A DNA stretch of 64,000 nt from contig OZ255842.1 in the NCBI GenBank assembly GCA_965277805.1, positions 4,736,001 to 4,800,000 on the forward strand. Direction: 5' to 3'. Positions 1 through 9,293 of the stretch are shown here, in pieces. The DNA is from Candidatus Lustribacter sp. Lineage in GTDB: Bacteria > Vulcanimicrobiota > Vulcanimicrobiia > Vulcanimicrobiales > Vulcanimicrobiaceae. Numbering within the stretch: position 1 is the stretch's first letter; the number at the start of each line of letters is the position of its first letter. Both the position numbers and the translations under genes were made by a program. The notes beneath the pieces are model-generated. The model was not told where the DNA came from and did not search any database. It worked only from the letters and a program-made list of their open reading frames with translations.

Positions 1-557
1 CGGAAATGCTCGAGCGCTTCGCGGCGGTAGGGCTGTTTCAGATTGCCCAGCTTCACGAACGTCTGCGCCGCCGCGAAGTGCGCCGGTTTCCACAGATCGG
101 CGAGGCTGCAGCCGGCGAGTCCGAGCTGCTCGGCGACGTCGTCGGCCAAGATCGTAACGAGCGGAACATCGCCGTGAGCGACGCGCGCTTCTTCTGCGAG
201 GCTGATCAGCGCGCGCGAATGCAGATGGTTCTCGATCGGCAACAGTCCGAACAATTCCCACAAGCCGGTTGGATTGAGCCGGCGCGTGAACGGTGCCGTT
301 TGCGGCAGGCGCGCGGCGAAGAAGCCGGTCTCGAACGTGCGGCGCGAGTTGACCGCGATGATCGGGATCTGCGGATGCTTCCAGAACGTCCGCGAGAACA
401 CGATCTCGCCTTCGTCCATGTGCTGATGATTGGTGACTAGGACGGCCGCTCCGCGCGGAGCCGGCAGCGCCCCCCACTGGCGGACGCGTATCCGTGTGTT
501 CAGATAGAGTTGGCGCGTGCCGATGGCAAGAAACAGGAGCGGAAGGCTGCGCTTCAC
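1..557 (-). CDS. Putative PlsC/LPLAT-family acyltransferase (3' end runs off window)
   Basis: Not in ORF track. Manual translation from GTG 557 (GTGA overlap with MFS stop): MKRSLPLLFLAIGTRQLYLNTRIRVRQWGALPAPRGAAVLVTNHQHMDEGE...; 'VLVTNHQ..D' resembles acyltransferase motif I; frame stays open to the window edge. Confidence 0.6.
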   Translation of the reverse strand, partial: MKRSLPLLFLAIGTRQLYLNTRIRVRQWGALPAPRGAAVLVTNHQHMDEGEIVFSRTFWKHPQIPIIAVNSRRTFETGFFAARLPQTAPFTRRLNPTGLWELFGLLPIENHLHSRALISLAEEARVAHGDVPLVTILADDVAEQLGLAGCSLADLWKPAHFAAAQTFVKLGNLKQPYRREALEHF

Positions 558-1759
558 GCCGTCTTTCCGTTGGCGTTGCGCACCGCGAGCACGGTGAGCG
601 AACCCAGCAAGAAGCATGCGCTGGCGGTCGCGAACAGCCAGCGATAGCCGTCGCTCGGCGTGCTGCCGTGCGCGATGATCACGGCACCGAGCGCGGGCGC
701 GATGACCATCGGCGAGTTGGAGAGCGTGCCCCAGATGCCGAGGTCGCGCGCCACGTCGCCGAGCTCGGGCACCGCATCGAGCGCGAGCGCCCAGCCCACC
801 GAAAACACGCCGCCGTAACCGAGCCCGAAGAGCGCGGCGAAGACGAAAATCACGCGCGGATCGGGCAAGAGCGCGAAGCCGAGCGCCGCCAGCGTCATCG
901 GCAGGCCCGAAAGACACACGACGAGCCGGCGATCGAGCCGGTCGGAGAGCACGCCGGCTGCCACGCTCGAGACGACCGCGCCGACCATCGCCGACGCGGC
1001 GACGAGGCCCGTGTTGAACGATGCGTTGCCGATGCCGAGCACGTCGTGAAAGAAGAACAGCACGTAGGTGTTGAGCAGCGTCATGCCGAGCACGATCCAC
1101 GCGCGCCCGATCAGCGTGACGAAAAGGTCCCAGCGGTCGCGTATGCTCGCGCCCGAGCCCACCGTTTCAACGTACGGCGGCGACGGCGGAACAAAGAACA
1201 GCGTGATCGCGCTCAGGGCAACGCCGCCCGCGTCGAGCAGCAGCGCTTGGCGCGCCGGCAGGAGTGCGGCAAGCCCGAGGCCGACGATCGTTCCCACCAG
1301 CGTCATTGCCCCGCGAAAACCCGCGGCCGTGCCCCAGAAGCGCCGCGGCACGATTTCCGGCAACAGCACTTGGTACACGGTCGATCCGCTCATCAGCGCG
1401 ACGGTGGCCACGACCACCGCGCCCGTGAGCCCGACGATCGTCGACACCTGCGACATCAAAAGTAGCGCGATCGTATCGACGGCCAGAATGATGCCCGTCT
1501 GGATGCGGCGGTCGCCGCCCAGCCGTCGCGAGCGATCGGAGAAAGCGCCGGCCAGCGGCGGGACGATGGCCGCCGAGAACGCCGCGACCGTCGAAAGCAC
1601 GGCCAGCACGTTGGTGTGGTTGGCCGGCGCCAGCACCAGCAGCAAGGCTGGTACCAGAATCGTCATCAGCGCCGCGTCTTGAAAGTGGACCCCCACCCAC
1701 AAGGCATTGATCGCGAGGTGATCGCGGTTGCGAAAACGCTCCGTACTCGTACTCTCCAT
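554..1759 (-). CDS. MFS transporter
   Basis: About 12 hydrophobic segments; motif A-like GAFSDRSRR and GVLSDRLDRR. Confidence 0.9.
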   Translation of the reverse strand: MESTSTERFRNRDHLAINALWVGVHFQDAALMTILVPALLLVLAPANHTNVLAVLSTVAAFSAAIVPPLAGAFSDRSRRLGGDRRIQTGIILAVDTIALLLMSQVSTIVGLTGAVVVATVALMSGSTVYQVLLPEIVPRRFWGTAAGFRGAMTLVGTIVGLGLAALLPARQALLLDAGGVALSAITLFFVPPSPPYVETVGSGASIRDRWDLFVTLIGRAWIVLGMTLLNTYVLFFFHDVLGIGNASFNTGLVAASAMVGAVVSSVAAGVLSDRLDRRLVVCLSGLPMTLAALGFALLPDPRVIFVFAALFGLGYGGVFSVGWALALDAVPELGDVARDLGIWGTLSNSPMVIAPALGAVIIAHGSTPSDGYRWLFATASACFLLGSLTVLAVRNANGKTA

Positions 1760-1823
1760 CGACCAGTACGGCTTCGCCCATTGGCCGAGCGGGCCCGCCT
1801 TCGAAGATGGGGAACCGAGCCGC

Positions 1824-2990
1824 GTGGGATTCGGCAGAACATTCCGGCGTGCGCTCGCACTGACGGCCGAGATTGCAGCGATCGCGTCGCTCGGCTATAC
1901 GGCCGCCGCGGTCGCCGCATCCGCGCACTTCGGCCGGCGTGAACGCGAGGAAGCGCATGCGCAGCCGCCGGTGACGCTGCTGGTGCCGCTGCACGGCGAC
2001 GAACCGCTGCTCGAAGAGAACCTGCGCGCGTTCGCGGAGCAGAACTATCCCGATCTGCAGATCGTGCTCGGCGTGGCGCACGCGGACGATCCGGCGCTGC
2101 CGGTCGCGCGCCGCGTTGCCGCCGCGTTGCCGCATCACCGCATCGAGATCGACATCGGCGAGGTTGCCGGCGCGCGTAATCCCAAGCTCGCCAACGTCCT
2201 CTCGATGATGCGCCTAGTGCGCCACACCACGCTGATCCTGGCCGACAGCGATACGCGCGTCGATGCCGACTACGTGCGCGCCGTGACGGCCCCGCTGCAG
2301 AGGCCGGAGATCGGCGCGGTCACGTGTCTCTTCGCCGGGGTGCCCGACGAAACGTTTGCATCGCAGCTCGGGGCGATGTTCATGAACGAGCAGTTCATTC
2401 CGTCGGCGCTGGTCGACCGGCTGTTCGGCCCGCTGCGCCACTGCTTCGGCCCCACCAACGCGTTTCGCGCGGCGGTACTGCAGTCGATCGGCGGCTTCGA
2501 TGCGCTGGCGCCGCACCTGGCCGATGACTTCATGCTCGGGCACTTCGTCGCCGAGCGCGGCTTGCGCGTAGTGATCTCGAAGTACGTGATCCGCACGATG
2601 GTCTCCGACTCGACGTTGCCGGTCTTATGGGATCACGAACTGCGCTGGCATCGCACGATCCGCGGATTGCAGCCGCTCGGTTACGCCGGGATGTTCCTGA
2701 CGTTTCCGGTGCCGCTCGCGCTGCTTGCGTTTGCGCTCGCGCGGCGGCGCGTGCCGGCCGGCGTGCTGCTGGCAACGGCGGTACTCGGCCGAATCGCGTT
2801 GCAGCGTGTTGCGGCGCGCGCGCTCGGCGTGCCGCCCGCGCCGTTGTGGATGATTCCCGCGCGTGATGCGTTCGGGCTCGCGGTGTGGGCGCGCGGGCTC
2901 ACCGGCCACGACGTGCGCTGGCGCGGCGCCCCGCTGCAGATGGCCGCCGACGGCGACCTGCTCGAGGAGCGCAACGCTAGCGCACGCTAG
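1824..2990 (+). CDS. hpnI: GT2/GT21 glycosyltransferase, HpnI/ceramide glucosyltransferase-like
   Basis: NPKLANV, DSD, LADDFMLG and HELRW.RTIR motifs; N- and C-terminal TM segments; GTG 1824 chosen to avoid overlap with the divergent MFS. Confidence 0.75.
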   Translation: MGFGRTFRRALALTAEIAAIASLGYTAAAVAASAHFGRREREEAHAQPPVTLLVPLHGDEPLLEENLRAFAEQNYPDLQIVLGVAHADDPALPVARRVAAALPHHRIEIDIGEVAGARNPKLANVLSMMRLVRHTTLILADSDTRVDADYVRAVTAPLQRPEIGAVTCLFAGVPDETFASQLGAMFMNEQFIPSALVDRLFGPLRHCFGPTNAFRAAVLQSIGGFDALAPHLADDFMLGHFVAERGLRVVISKYVIRTMVSDSTLPVLWDHELRWHRTIRGLQPLGYAGMFLTFPVPLALLAFALARRRVPAGVLLATAVLGRIALQRVAARALGVPPAPLWMIPARDAFGLAVWARGLTGHDVRWRGAPLQMAADGDLLEERNASAR

Positions 2991-4711
2991 ATCGTCCCGA
3001 TCTTGTTCCCGGCCGCGTTGTTCTCGGCGAACCAGATGTGGTTATTGGGACCAAGCGTGATGCTGCACGGTCCGCTGTTGGCCGTCGGTAACGGGAACTC
3101 GGTGAAGACGCCGGCCGTCGTCATCCGCGCGACTTTGTTTGCGGAGTTGTTATTCTCCGTGAACCAGAGGTTGCCGTCGGCGCCGGTGACGATCGTCATC
3201 GGCTGGCTGTTCGCGGTTGGAATCGTGTATTCGGGGCCGAAGACACCGGCCGTCGTAATGTGGCCGACTTTGTTGGCCGCGCCGGATTCTTCCAAGAACC
3301 ACAGCGCACCGTCGGGCCCCACGCTGATGCCCGACGGATTGCTCGACGCCGTCGGGATGGTGTATTCGGTAAAGCTGCCGCTGGTCGTCATGCGCCCGAT
3401 TTGATTCGTTCCCGACTGGGTGAACCACAGCGCGCCGTCCGGAGCCGACACGATATATCCCGGAAACGTGTTCGCGGTCGGAATCGTGAATTCGGTCACG
3501 ACGCCGGCTGTGGTGATGCGAGCGATCTTGTTGCCGTCGTACTCGGTGAAATATAGATTCCCATCCGGATTCGACGTGATCTGGTAAGGAAACACGAACG
3601 GGCTAATGCCCGCTGAATACTCCGTGATCACGTGCGTCGTCGGATTGATCGTGCCGATCTTGTTCGCGAAGCTGTTTTCCTCGGTGAACCAGAGGTTGCC
3701 GTCGGAACCGAGTGCCATCGAGGTTGGTGCTGAGTTGACGGTCGGAATCGGGTACTCCGTGATCGTGCCGCCGATCGAGACGCGTCCGACGTTGTTACCG
3801 GTTTGCTCGACGAACCACAGCGCGTTGTCGGCCGGATCGCTCACGATGCCTTCCGCTTCGCTCGACGACGTCGGGATCGAGAATTCCGAGAACGTGAAAC
3901 TGCCCGACGGCGAAATCGGGACCACTGCATACGGCAACGTTGGGGCGTTCGGATTCGCGAACGTGATATGCACCGTGCTCGCTACCGACGAGGATCCGTC
4001 GTAGGTGAGCGTGACCGCTTGCGACGGCGAGGTCCAAAGTGCCGGGGTGATCGTGATGTGCGAATCGCTCGACGTGAGAGTGATTCCGGCTGCGAACGTC
4101 GCCGATGACGGGATCGTCGTACCGTCCGGATCGTCTGCGCCGATCGTTACCGTTGCCGTTCCGGGGGTGCCGATGATGAACGACGTTCCGGACGTGTAGA
4201 CGACCGAACCGGGGACGAGCGACGCAACGACCGGCGCCATCGTTGCGGATGCAGTGAACGTTTGGCCGCTGACGACGGTCGGCTGCGCGCTGCCTTGTGC
4301 GATCAAGTGTCCGGTCCCGTTGGGAGCATCGTAGAGAGCGAGTAGAATCGTGGGCGTGCCGACCGGCGCCGTGATCGGGATCGAGCACGTACGCACGCTG
4401 CCGAGTGTGATAGGTCCCGTCGTGCACAGCGACGATGTCGAACTGACGTCGAAATATGTGTCCGGCGTTGCCGTGCTGGTCAACACCCCGAGCGACGACG
4501 CATTGGCGGACACGAATTGTACGCGCCGCGCCGTCGTGCTGTTCGTCGCCGCGCCGGCGCTGCCGATCGTGATCGTCATGACGCCGCTTGCATGTGGTCC
4601 GGTCAGGCCGGCCGGTGCTGCGGGAGTCGCCGGGGACGAACCGCCGCCGCCGCCGCACGCGGCAAGCAGCAGAACCGTGACGACTGCGGCAATGCGAAGC
4701 GATCCGGACAC
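2987..4711 (-). CDS. Lipoprotein with Ig-like N-terminal domains and C-terminal Vgb-like beta-propeller
   Basis: Lipobox LAAC followed by GGGGGS; about 7 repeats of EF.IPT..S.P..I..GPDG.LWF.E...NK.G.I. Confidence 0.85.
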   Translation of the reverse strand: MSGSLRIAAVVTVLLLAACGGGGGSSPATPAAPAGLTGPHASGVMTITIGSAGAATNSTTARRVQFVSANASSLGVLTSTATPDTYFDVSSTSSLCTTGPITLGSVRTCSIPITAPVGTPTILLALYDAPNGTGHLIAQGSAQPTVVSGQTFTASATMAPVVASLVPGSVVYTSGTSFIIGTPGTATVTIGADDPDGTTIPSSATFAAGITLTSSDSHITITPALWTSPSQAVTLTYDGSSSVASTVHITFANPNAPTLPYAVVPISPSGSFTFSEFSIPTSSSEAEGIVSDPADNALWFVEQTGNNVGRVSIGGTITEYPIPTVNSAPTSMALGSDGNLWFTEENSFANKIGTINPTTHVITEYSAGISPFVFPYQITSNPDGNLYFTEYDGNKIARITTAGVVTEFTIPTANTFPGYIVSAPDGALWFTQSGTNQIGRMTTSGSFTEYTIPTASSNPSGISVGPDGALWFLEESGAANKVGHITTAGVFGPEYTIPTANSQPMTIVTGADGNLWFTENNNSANKVARMTTAGVFTEFPLPTANSGPCSITLGPNNHIWFAENNAAGNKIGTI

Positions 4712-4803
4712 AAAACACCTCGAGGTACAAGCAACCTAGGGGCCGGTCTCAGGAGTTTACCAGCAAGCTGGAAGGTTCGTCTAGAGCGCGAAAGCCCGAG
4801 CCG

Positions 4804-5742
4804 ATGAACAGACAAGCTGCCCTCGCGCTCGGAAGCGCTTTTCTCGCCTCCCCGTCGGTGCTGTCGGCGCAAACGGCCACGCAAATGGTACTGGGTGCCG
4901 TGCCCGAGGAGTCGGTGACGCCGGCCCTTTGGGCAGTGCAGAGCGGGATGTTCCGCAAGGCGGGGCTGGATGTTGAGGTGCAGTCGGCGAGCAGCGGAAC
5001 GGCCATCGCGGCCGGCGTCGCGGGAGGCTCCTATGCGGTCGGCAAGTCGTCGCTGGTCGCGATCATCACCGCGCACGCCAAAGGGCTGCCGTTCGTGTTC
5101 GTGGCCGGCGGCAGTCTCTACGATACGAAGTTTCCGTACTCGGTGCTGACGGTGAAAGCCGACTCGCCGCTCAAGACCGCCAAAGATCTCGACGGCAAGA
5201 CGCTCGCCGTGCCGGCCCTCAGCGACCTCACCACCTACGCCACCAAAGCGTGGGTGGACTCGCACGGCGGCGATTCCACCACGTTGAAGCTGCTCGAGTT
5301 TCCGTTCTCGCAGATCCCCGATGCGCTGGCCTCGGGCCGCGTCGACGCGGGCTTCGTCGCCGATCCGGTTCTGCAGCAAGCGCTCGACGCCAAAAAAGTG
5401 CGTATTTTCGCGCACGCCTTCGACGCCGTTGCGCCGCAGTTCATGGTCACCGGCTGGTTCGTCACGCAAGAGTACGCGTCGAAGAACCTCACGGAACTGC
5501 AGAAATTTAAGAACGTCATCTACGAAGCGGCGAAGTACATCGAGAGCCATCCCGCCGATACGGTCAACGTGCTGGCGAAGTTCAGCGGCGTCGATCCCGC
5601 GGTCATCGCGCGGACGCACCGCATCGGGTACGCGCCGCTCGAGCCGAAATACATTCAGCCGGTCATCGACATCTGCGCGAAGTACAAGGCGATCCCGGCG
5701 GCGTTCGACGCCAAAGAGATTATAGCGGCAGGGTTACACTAA
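4804..5742 (+). CDS. SsuA/THI5(NMT1)-family ABC substrate-binding protein
   Basis: Signal peptide; G.F.KAGLDV, DL.GKT.A and GRVDA motifs. Confidence 0.88.
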   Translation: MNRQAALALGSAFLASPSVLSAQTATQMVLGAVPEESVTPALWAVQSGMFRKAGLDVEVQSASSGTAIAAGVAGGSYAVGKSSLVAIITAHAKGLPFVFVAGGSLYDTKFPYSVLTVKADSPLKTAKDLDGKTLAVPALSDLTTYATKAWVDSHGGDSTTLKLLEFPFSQIPDALASGRVDAGFVADPVLQQALDAKKVRIFAHAFDAVAPQFMVTGWFVTQEYASKNLTELQKFKNVIYEAAKYIESHPADTVNVLAKFSGVDPAVIARTHRIGYAPLEPKYIQPVIDICAKYKAIPAAFDAKEIIAAGLH

Positions 5743-6010
5743 CCGGGTCGAGCCGTTTAGGATAGCGGCGCACGCGCCGGTAGGTGGCGATCGCGCGAGC
5801 CACGTCCTGGTCGGCGACGTCGAAGATCAGGTGTTCGGCGATCGCCGCCGCATACGCGTAACCGCGAATTGCCCGTTCGAGATCGGCGTCGCGCAGCCAC
5901 TCGCGGTGGCGGCTGCGGTCGCGCCGCGCCATCGCGGTGGCAAAGTCTCGCAGCCGCGTCGCGCCGATGCTTGCAGCCGGGAGCCGTTTTCTGAGCGTTT
6001 GCGTGCCCAT
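5720..6010 (-). CDS. Small hypothetical protein
   Basis: 96 aa ORF fills the gap between two SBP genes; AAGGA upstream of ATG; no recognised motif. Confidence 0.5.
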   Translation of the reverse strand: MGTQTLRKRLPAASIGATRLRDFATAMARRDRSRHREWLRDADLERAIRGYAYAAAIAEHLIFDVADQDVARAIATYRRVRRYPKRLDPVSVTLPL

Positions 6011-6122
6011 GTCGTCCTTATACCCGCTTTAGGGTGCTGGAAGCGCCTTCGGGTCTTTGAGATAGGTCACTCTACTAACGCGAAGAAGGGTCGATTAGTC
6101 GCTTAGAACTGAGGATTTTCTC

Positions 6123-7088
6123 ATGTTTTCGAAGCTCGATCGCCGCCTGATGCGGCCGTTGCGCACCGTTTGCGCGGCACTGCTGCTCCTGACTCCGGGT
6201 TCGCTCGCGTGGGCGCAAACGGGCGACGAAATCGCCGTCGCCACGCCGCCGATCGATTCGTCGGGCGAAGTCTTCTATGCCGCCGACATGGGCTTCTTTG
6301 CGAAGGCCGGCTTGAACGTGAAAATCGTGCCGATGAACAACGCCGGCGCGATCGCGCCGGCCGTCATTTCGGGCACGGTCGCGATCGGCGGGCTTACGGT
6401 GCCGGCCGTCGCCCTGGCGCGCGAGAAGAACGTGCCGATTACGATCGTAGCGCCCGGGTCCGTGTACTCGATGGCGGCGCCGACGTCCGGCATCGTCGTG
6501 CTCAAGAACTCGACGTTCAAGAAAGCGGCCGATCTCAACGGCAAGACCATCGGCACGCGCGACATCTCGAATATGAGCTACTACGGCTCGAACGTCTGGA
6601 TCGACAAGAACGGCGGCGATTCGAAGTCGATCAAATGGGTCGAGATCAACGACAACGTTGCGGTTGCGGCGATGCAGCAGGGACGCATCGATGCCGCCTC
6701 GCTCAGCGAACCCGGGCTCGACGACGCCGTGCACGGCGCCGCGCGCATGCTGGGGCCGGTTTACGATGCGGTCGGCGACAAGTTTCTGATCGCCGTCTTC
6801 TTCACGACCGAAACCTACGCCAACGCGCATCCCGACGCGATGCGCAAGTTTGCCGCCGCGATCATCGAAGCCGGCAAATGGGCCAACAAGAACCACGCCG
6901 CCAGCGCGAAGATCCTCGAGAAGTACGCCGGCACGCTCATTCCGCCGAGTTATACGCGCGTGACGTATGCCGAGCGGTTACGCGCGGCCGATGCGCAACC
7001 GGTGCTCGATATGCTCGCGACCTACGGCGTAATCAAACCCAACCCGCGCGCCGCCGACCTCTTCTCGCCGGCTGTGTACGCGCAGTGA
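6123..7088 (+). CDS. SsuA/THI5-family ABC substrate-binding protein
   Basis: GAGG RBS; signal peptide; GFFAKAGLNV, DLNGKTIG, GRIDAA. Confidence 0.88.
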   Translation: MFSKLDRRLMRPLRTVCAALLLLTPGSLAWAQTGDEIAVATPPIDSSGEVFYAADMGFFAKAGLNVKIVPMNNAGAIAPAVISGTVAIGGLTVPAVALAREKNVPITIVAPGSVYSMAAPTSGIVVLKNSTFKKAADLNGKTIGTRDISNMSYYGSNVWIDKNGGDSKSIKWVEINDNVAVAAMQQGRIDAASLSEPGLDDAVHGAARMLGPVYDAVGDKFLIAVFFTTETYANAHPDAMRKFAAAIIEAGKWANKNHAASAKILEKYAGTLIPPSYTRVTYAERLRAADAQPVLDMLATYGVIKPNPRAADLFSPAVYAQ

Positions 7089-7095
7089 GCGGCGT

Positions 7096-7917
7096 TTAGC
7101 CCAGGAGCTTTTGCAGGTCGGCGTGCGTGATCCGGTCGGCGGCGAACGTATACGTGCCGCGGTCGCGCACTTCGAGGGCGGCACGCCGGAGCGCGGCGAG
7201 CAGATGCGCCGCAGGTGCGGAGCCGGTGCTGACGCGCTTCACGCCCAGGCGCGTCAGCGCTGCGACGTCGGGCGTCGTGCCGCCGGCGAGGATGTTGATC
7301 GGGCCGGGAATCGCGGCTGCCAACTGTCCGATCAGATCACCGTCGGCGATGAACGGAACGAAAATGCAGCCGGCGCCCGCGTCGAGATACGCTTTCGCGC
7401 GCGTGACCGTTTCATCGAACTGCGCTGCAGCATCGCCGTCGGTCTGATAGACGTCGGTGCGCGCGTTGATCACGAATTCGGGCACGCCGAGTTCACTTGC
7501 GGCGGCGGAGATGGCGCGAATCCGTTCGCATTGCGCGTCCATCGGCATCAGCGGCGTTTGCCCCGGCAAGCTGTCTTCGAAGTTCATGCCGACGGCACCG
7601 GCGGCGATCGCGCCGCGCACGGTGGCGACGGCATCGGCAACGGTCGGGCCATAGCCGCCTTCGAGGTCGGCGGTGACCGGAACGCTTACCGCGCCGGCGA
7701 TCGTCCTGACGTGCGCGAGCATGCCGTCGCGCGAGATCGCTTGGCCGTCGGGAAAGCCGTCGACGTACGCGATGCCCGCGCTCGTCGTAGCGATGGCCGG
7801 AAAGCCGATCGATTCCACGATGCGTGCGCTCGCGCCGTCCCATGCGTTGACGAACACCACCGGGGTCGCCTGATGGTGCAGCGCGCGCAAAGCGGCGGCT
7901 TTTTCTTTCAGGTCCAT
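7096..7917 (-). CDS. Isocitrate lyase/PEP mutase family protein
   Basis: NAWD..SA, ATTSAG, PVTADLEGGYG, NFED, INARTD; ATG 7917 overlaps the upstream stop. Confidence 0.9.
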   Translation of the reverse strand: MDLKEKAAALRALHHQATPVVFVNAWDGASARIVESIGFPAIATTSAGIAYVDGFPDGQAISRDGMLAHVRTIAGAVSVPVTADLEGGYGPTVADAVATVRGAIAAGAVGMNFEDSLPGQTPLMPMDAQCERIRAISAAASELGVPEFVINARTDVYQTDGDAAAQFDETVTRAKAYLDAGAGCIFVPFIADGDLIGQLAAAIPGPINILAGGTTPDVAALTRLGVKRVSTGSAPAAHLLAALRRAALEVRDRGTYTFAADRITHADLQKLLG

Positions 7918-8411
7918 TACGGCGGATGGCCGGGCTGGATGTCGCGCACCGAGCGCGAGCCGAGCTGCGGTGCATCCGGGTGTTCTTCGCCGACGTCGAC
8001 GATGTCGAGTATGTGCGCGACGTGGTCGCCGCAGTCGTGGCGTTCGAGGACGCGTCCGGCGAGCCAATCGCAGCCGTCGAGGATCGGCGACCCGCCGGGA
8101 CCCGGCCGCCACGCGCATTGTTCGAATTTTTCGTGCGGCGCGATTTCGTCTTCGGTCTCACCGCCGAAGAGTTGCGCGAGCGCGTGCTGATCGTTCCGCA
8201 GCAGATGCACGATCAGCCACTCCGCCCGTTCGGCGACGCCGAGTGTATGGTTCTTTTTCGAAATGCACACGAGCCAGCGCCGCGGCGAGATGCTGCACTG
8301 CGTGTGAAATCCCAGCAGACAGCCGCTGCGTTCGTGTCCGTCGAACGCGGTCACGACCGTCATCGGGAAATCGAGCGAGAGACATTGGCGGGTGAACGGG
8401 TCGGTGTTCAT
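7917..8411 (-). CDS. Flavin reductase-like protein
   Basis: TVVT...GCL.GFHTQCSI.P and CGDH motifs; ATG 8411 (ATGA overlap with SDR). Confidence 0.85.
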   Translation of the reverse strand: MNTDPFTRQCLSLDFPMTVVTAFDGHERSGCLLGFHTQCSISPRRWLVCISKKNHTLGVAERAEWLIVHLLRNDQHALAQLFGGETEDEIAPHEKFEQCAWRPGPGGSPILDGCDWLAGRVLERHDCGDHVAHILDIVDVGEEHPDAPQLGSRSVRDIQPGHPP

Positions 8412-9142
8412 GTCGATGCATTCTCCGTACGGCGTGGACGCATGCGCACGATCGGTCCGGAGGTGTGCGCCGCCGGATCGGTCGTGCGTCCGGTTGCGAC
8501 CAACTCGACGACGACGTCGGCAACTTCTCCGGCCGTGATCCAGTGCGCGGCCGAGATGGTCTCGGAGATGCGCGTACGCACCGGCCCGTCGACGACCAGC
8601 TCGAGAATGTCGACCTGCGGGTTTTCGACTTCTTGGCGCAGCGCACGCGTGAGCATAAGCTGCGCGGCCGCGGCGATCGATACGAGGCTCGAGTTGCGCA
8701 CGGGGTGGTAGGCCGCGCCGCCCCCGATGCCGATGTAGCGTCCGCCCGCCGGCTGCGCGCACAGCACGGGCACGAACGCGTGCGCGAAAACGTAGTGCGT
8801 GCGCAGCATCTCGTCCATCACCGTATCCCAGATCTCGGGTCCCGAGCCCAGCAAGTCGCCTTCCCACCAGCCGCCGAGCGAGGGGATCAAGACGTCCAGC
8901 GGACCGCACTCCCGCGCGATCTGCTCGCGCAGCGCGGCCGCACCGGCGGGCGAGCCGATCGCGCCGGTGAGCGTGACGAGCGCGTCCGGAGAACTGCCGT
9001 CGCCGGCCGCGTCGGCCCGCAGGCGTTCGAGCCGGGTCGCGCTGCGCGACGGAACGATGACCCGGTGTCCGGCTCCGAGTAATGCCCGCACGATCGCTTC
9101 GCCTACGCCCCCGGCCCCGCCGGCCACCAGGATCTGCTTCAT
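8408..9142 (-). CDS. Short-chain dehydrogenase/reductase (atypical)
   Basis: N-terminal VAGGAGGVG Rossmann motif; no clear YxxxK. Confidence 0.8.
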   Translation of the reverse strand: MKQILVAGGAGGVGEAIVRALLGAGHRVIVPSRSATRLERLRADAAGDGSSPDALVTLTGAIGSPAGAAALREQIARECGPLDVLIPSLGGWWEGDLLGSGPEIWDTVMDEMLRTHYVFAHAFVPVLCAQPAGGRYIGIGGGAAYHPVRNSSLVSIAAAAQLMLTRALRQEVENPQVDILELVVDGPVRTRISETISAAHWITAGEVADVVVELVATGRTTDPAAHTSGPIVRMRPRRTENAST

Positions 9143-9293
9143 TTCCCGGTTCCCATACCCGCTCTACGACGTTGGGCCTGTTCGGGGGGCTGCGGGCTGG
9201 GCGCGTCAAAGCGGTAAGCGCCGCTCGATGTCGTAGGGGTACGGTAGCGGCACATTCTGGTCGACTGCACCATCAAGCTGGGGTGATCACGGC

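Noticed and set aside
494-1465. Long Arg-rich antisense or alternate-frame ORFs (this one and many others in the track)
   Set aside because: Expected in high-GC DNA; no motifs, and each is overlapped by a well-supported gene.
2987-3900. Virginiamycin B lyase (vgb) antibiotic-resistance gene
   Set aside because: The propeller is the C-terminal domain of an exported lipoprotein; only the fold is supported, not the activity.
6096-6112. Fifth TAG-N4-CTA site upstream of SBP 6123
   Set aside because: Only partial matches (TAGTCGCTTA, TTAGAACTGAG) and no clear promoter geometry.
7917-9209. 430-aa ORF as an SDR/flavin reductase fusion or frameshift
   Set aside because: The N-terminal part is an off-frame shadow of the SDR; ATG 8411 with ATGA coupling explains the real gene.
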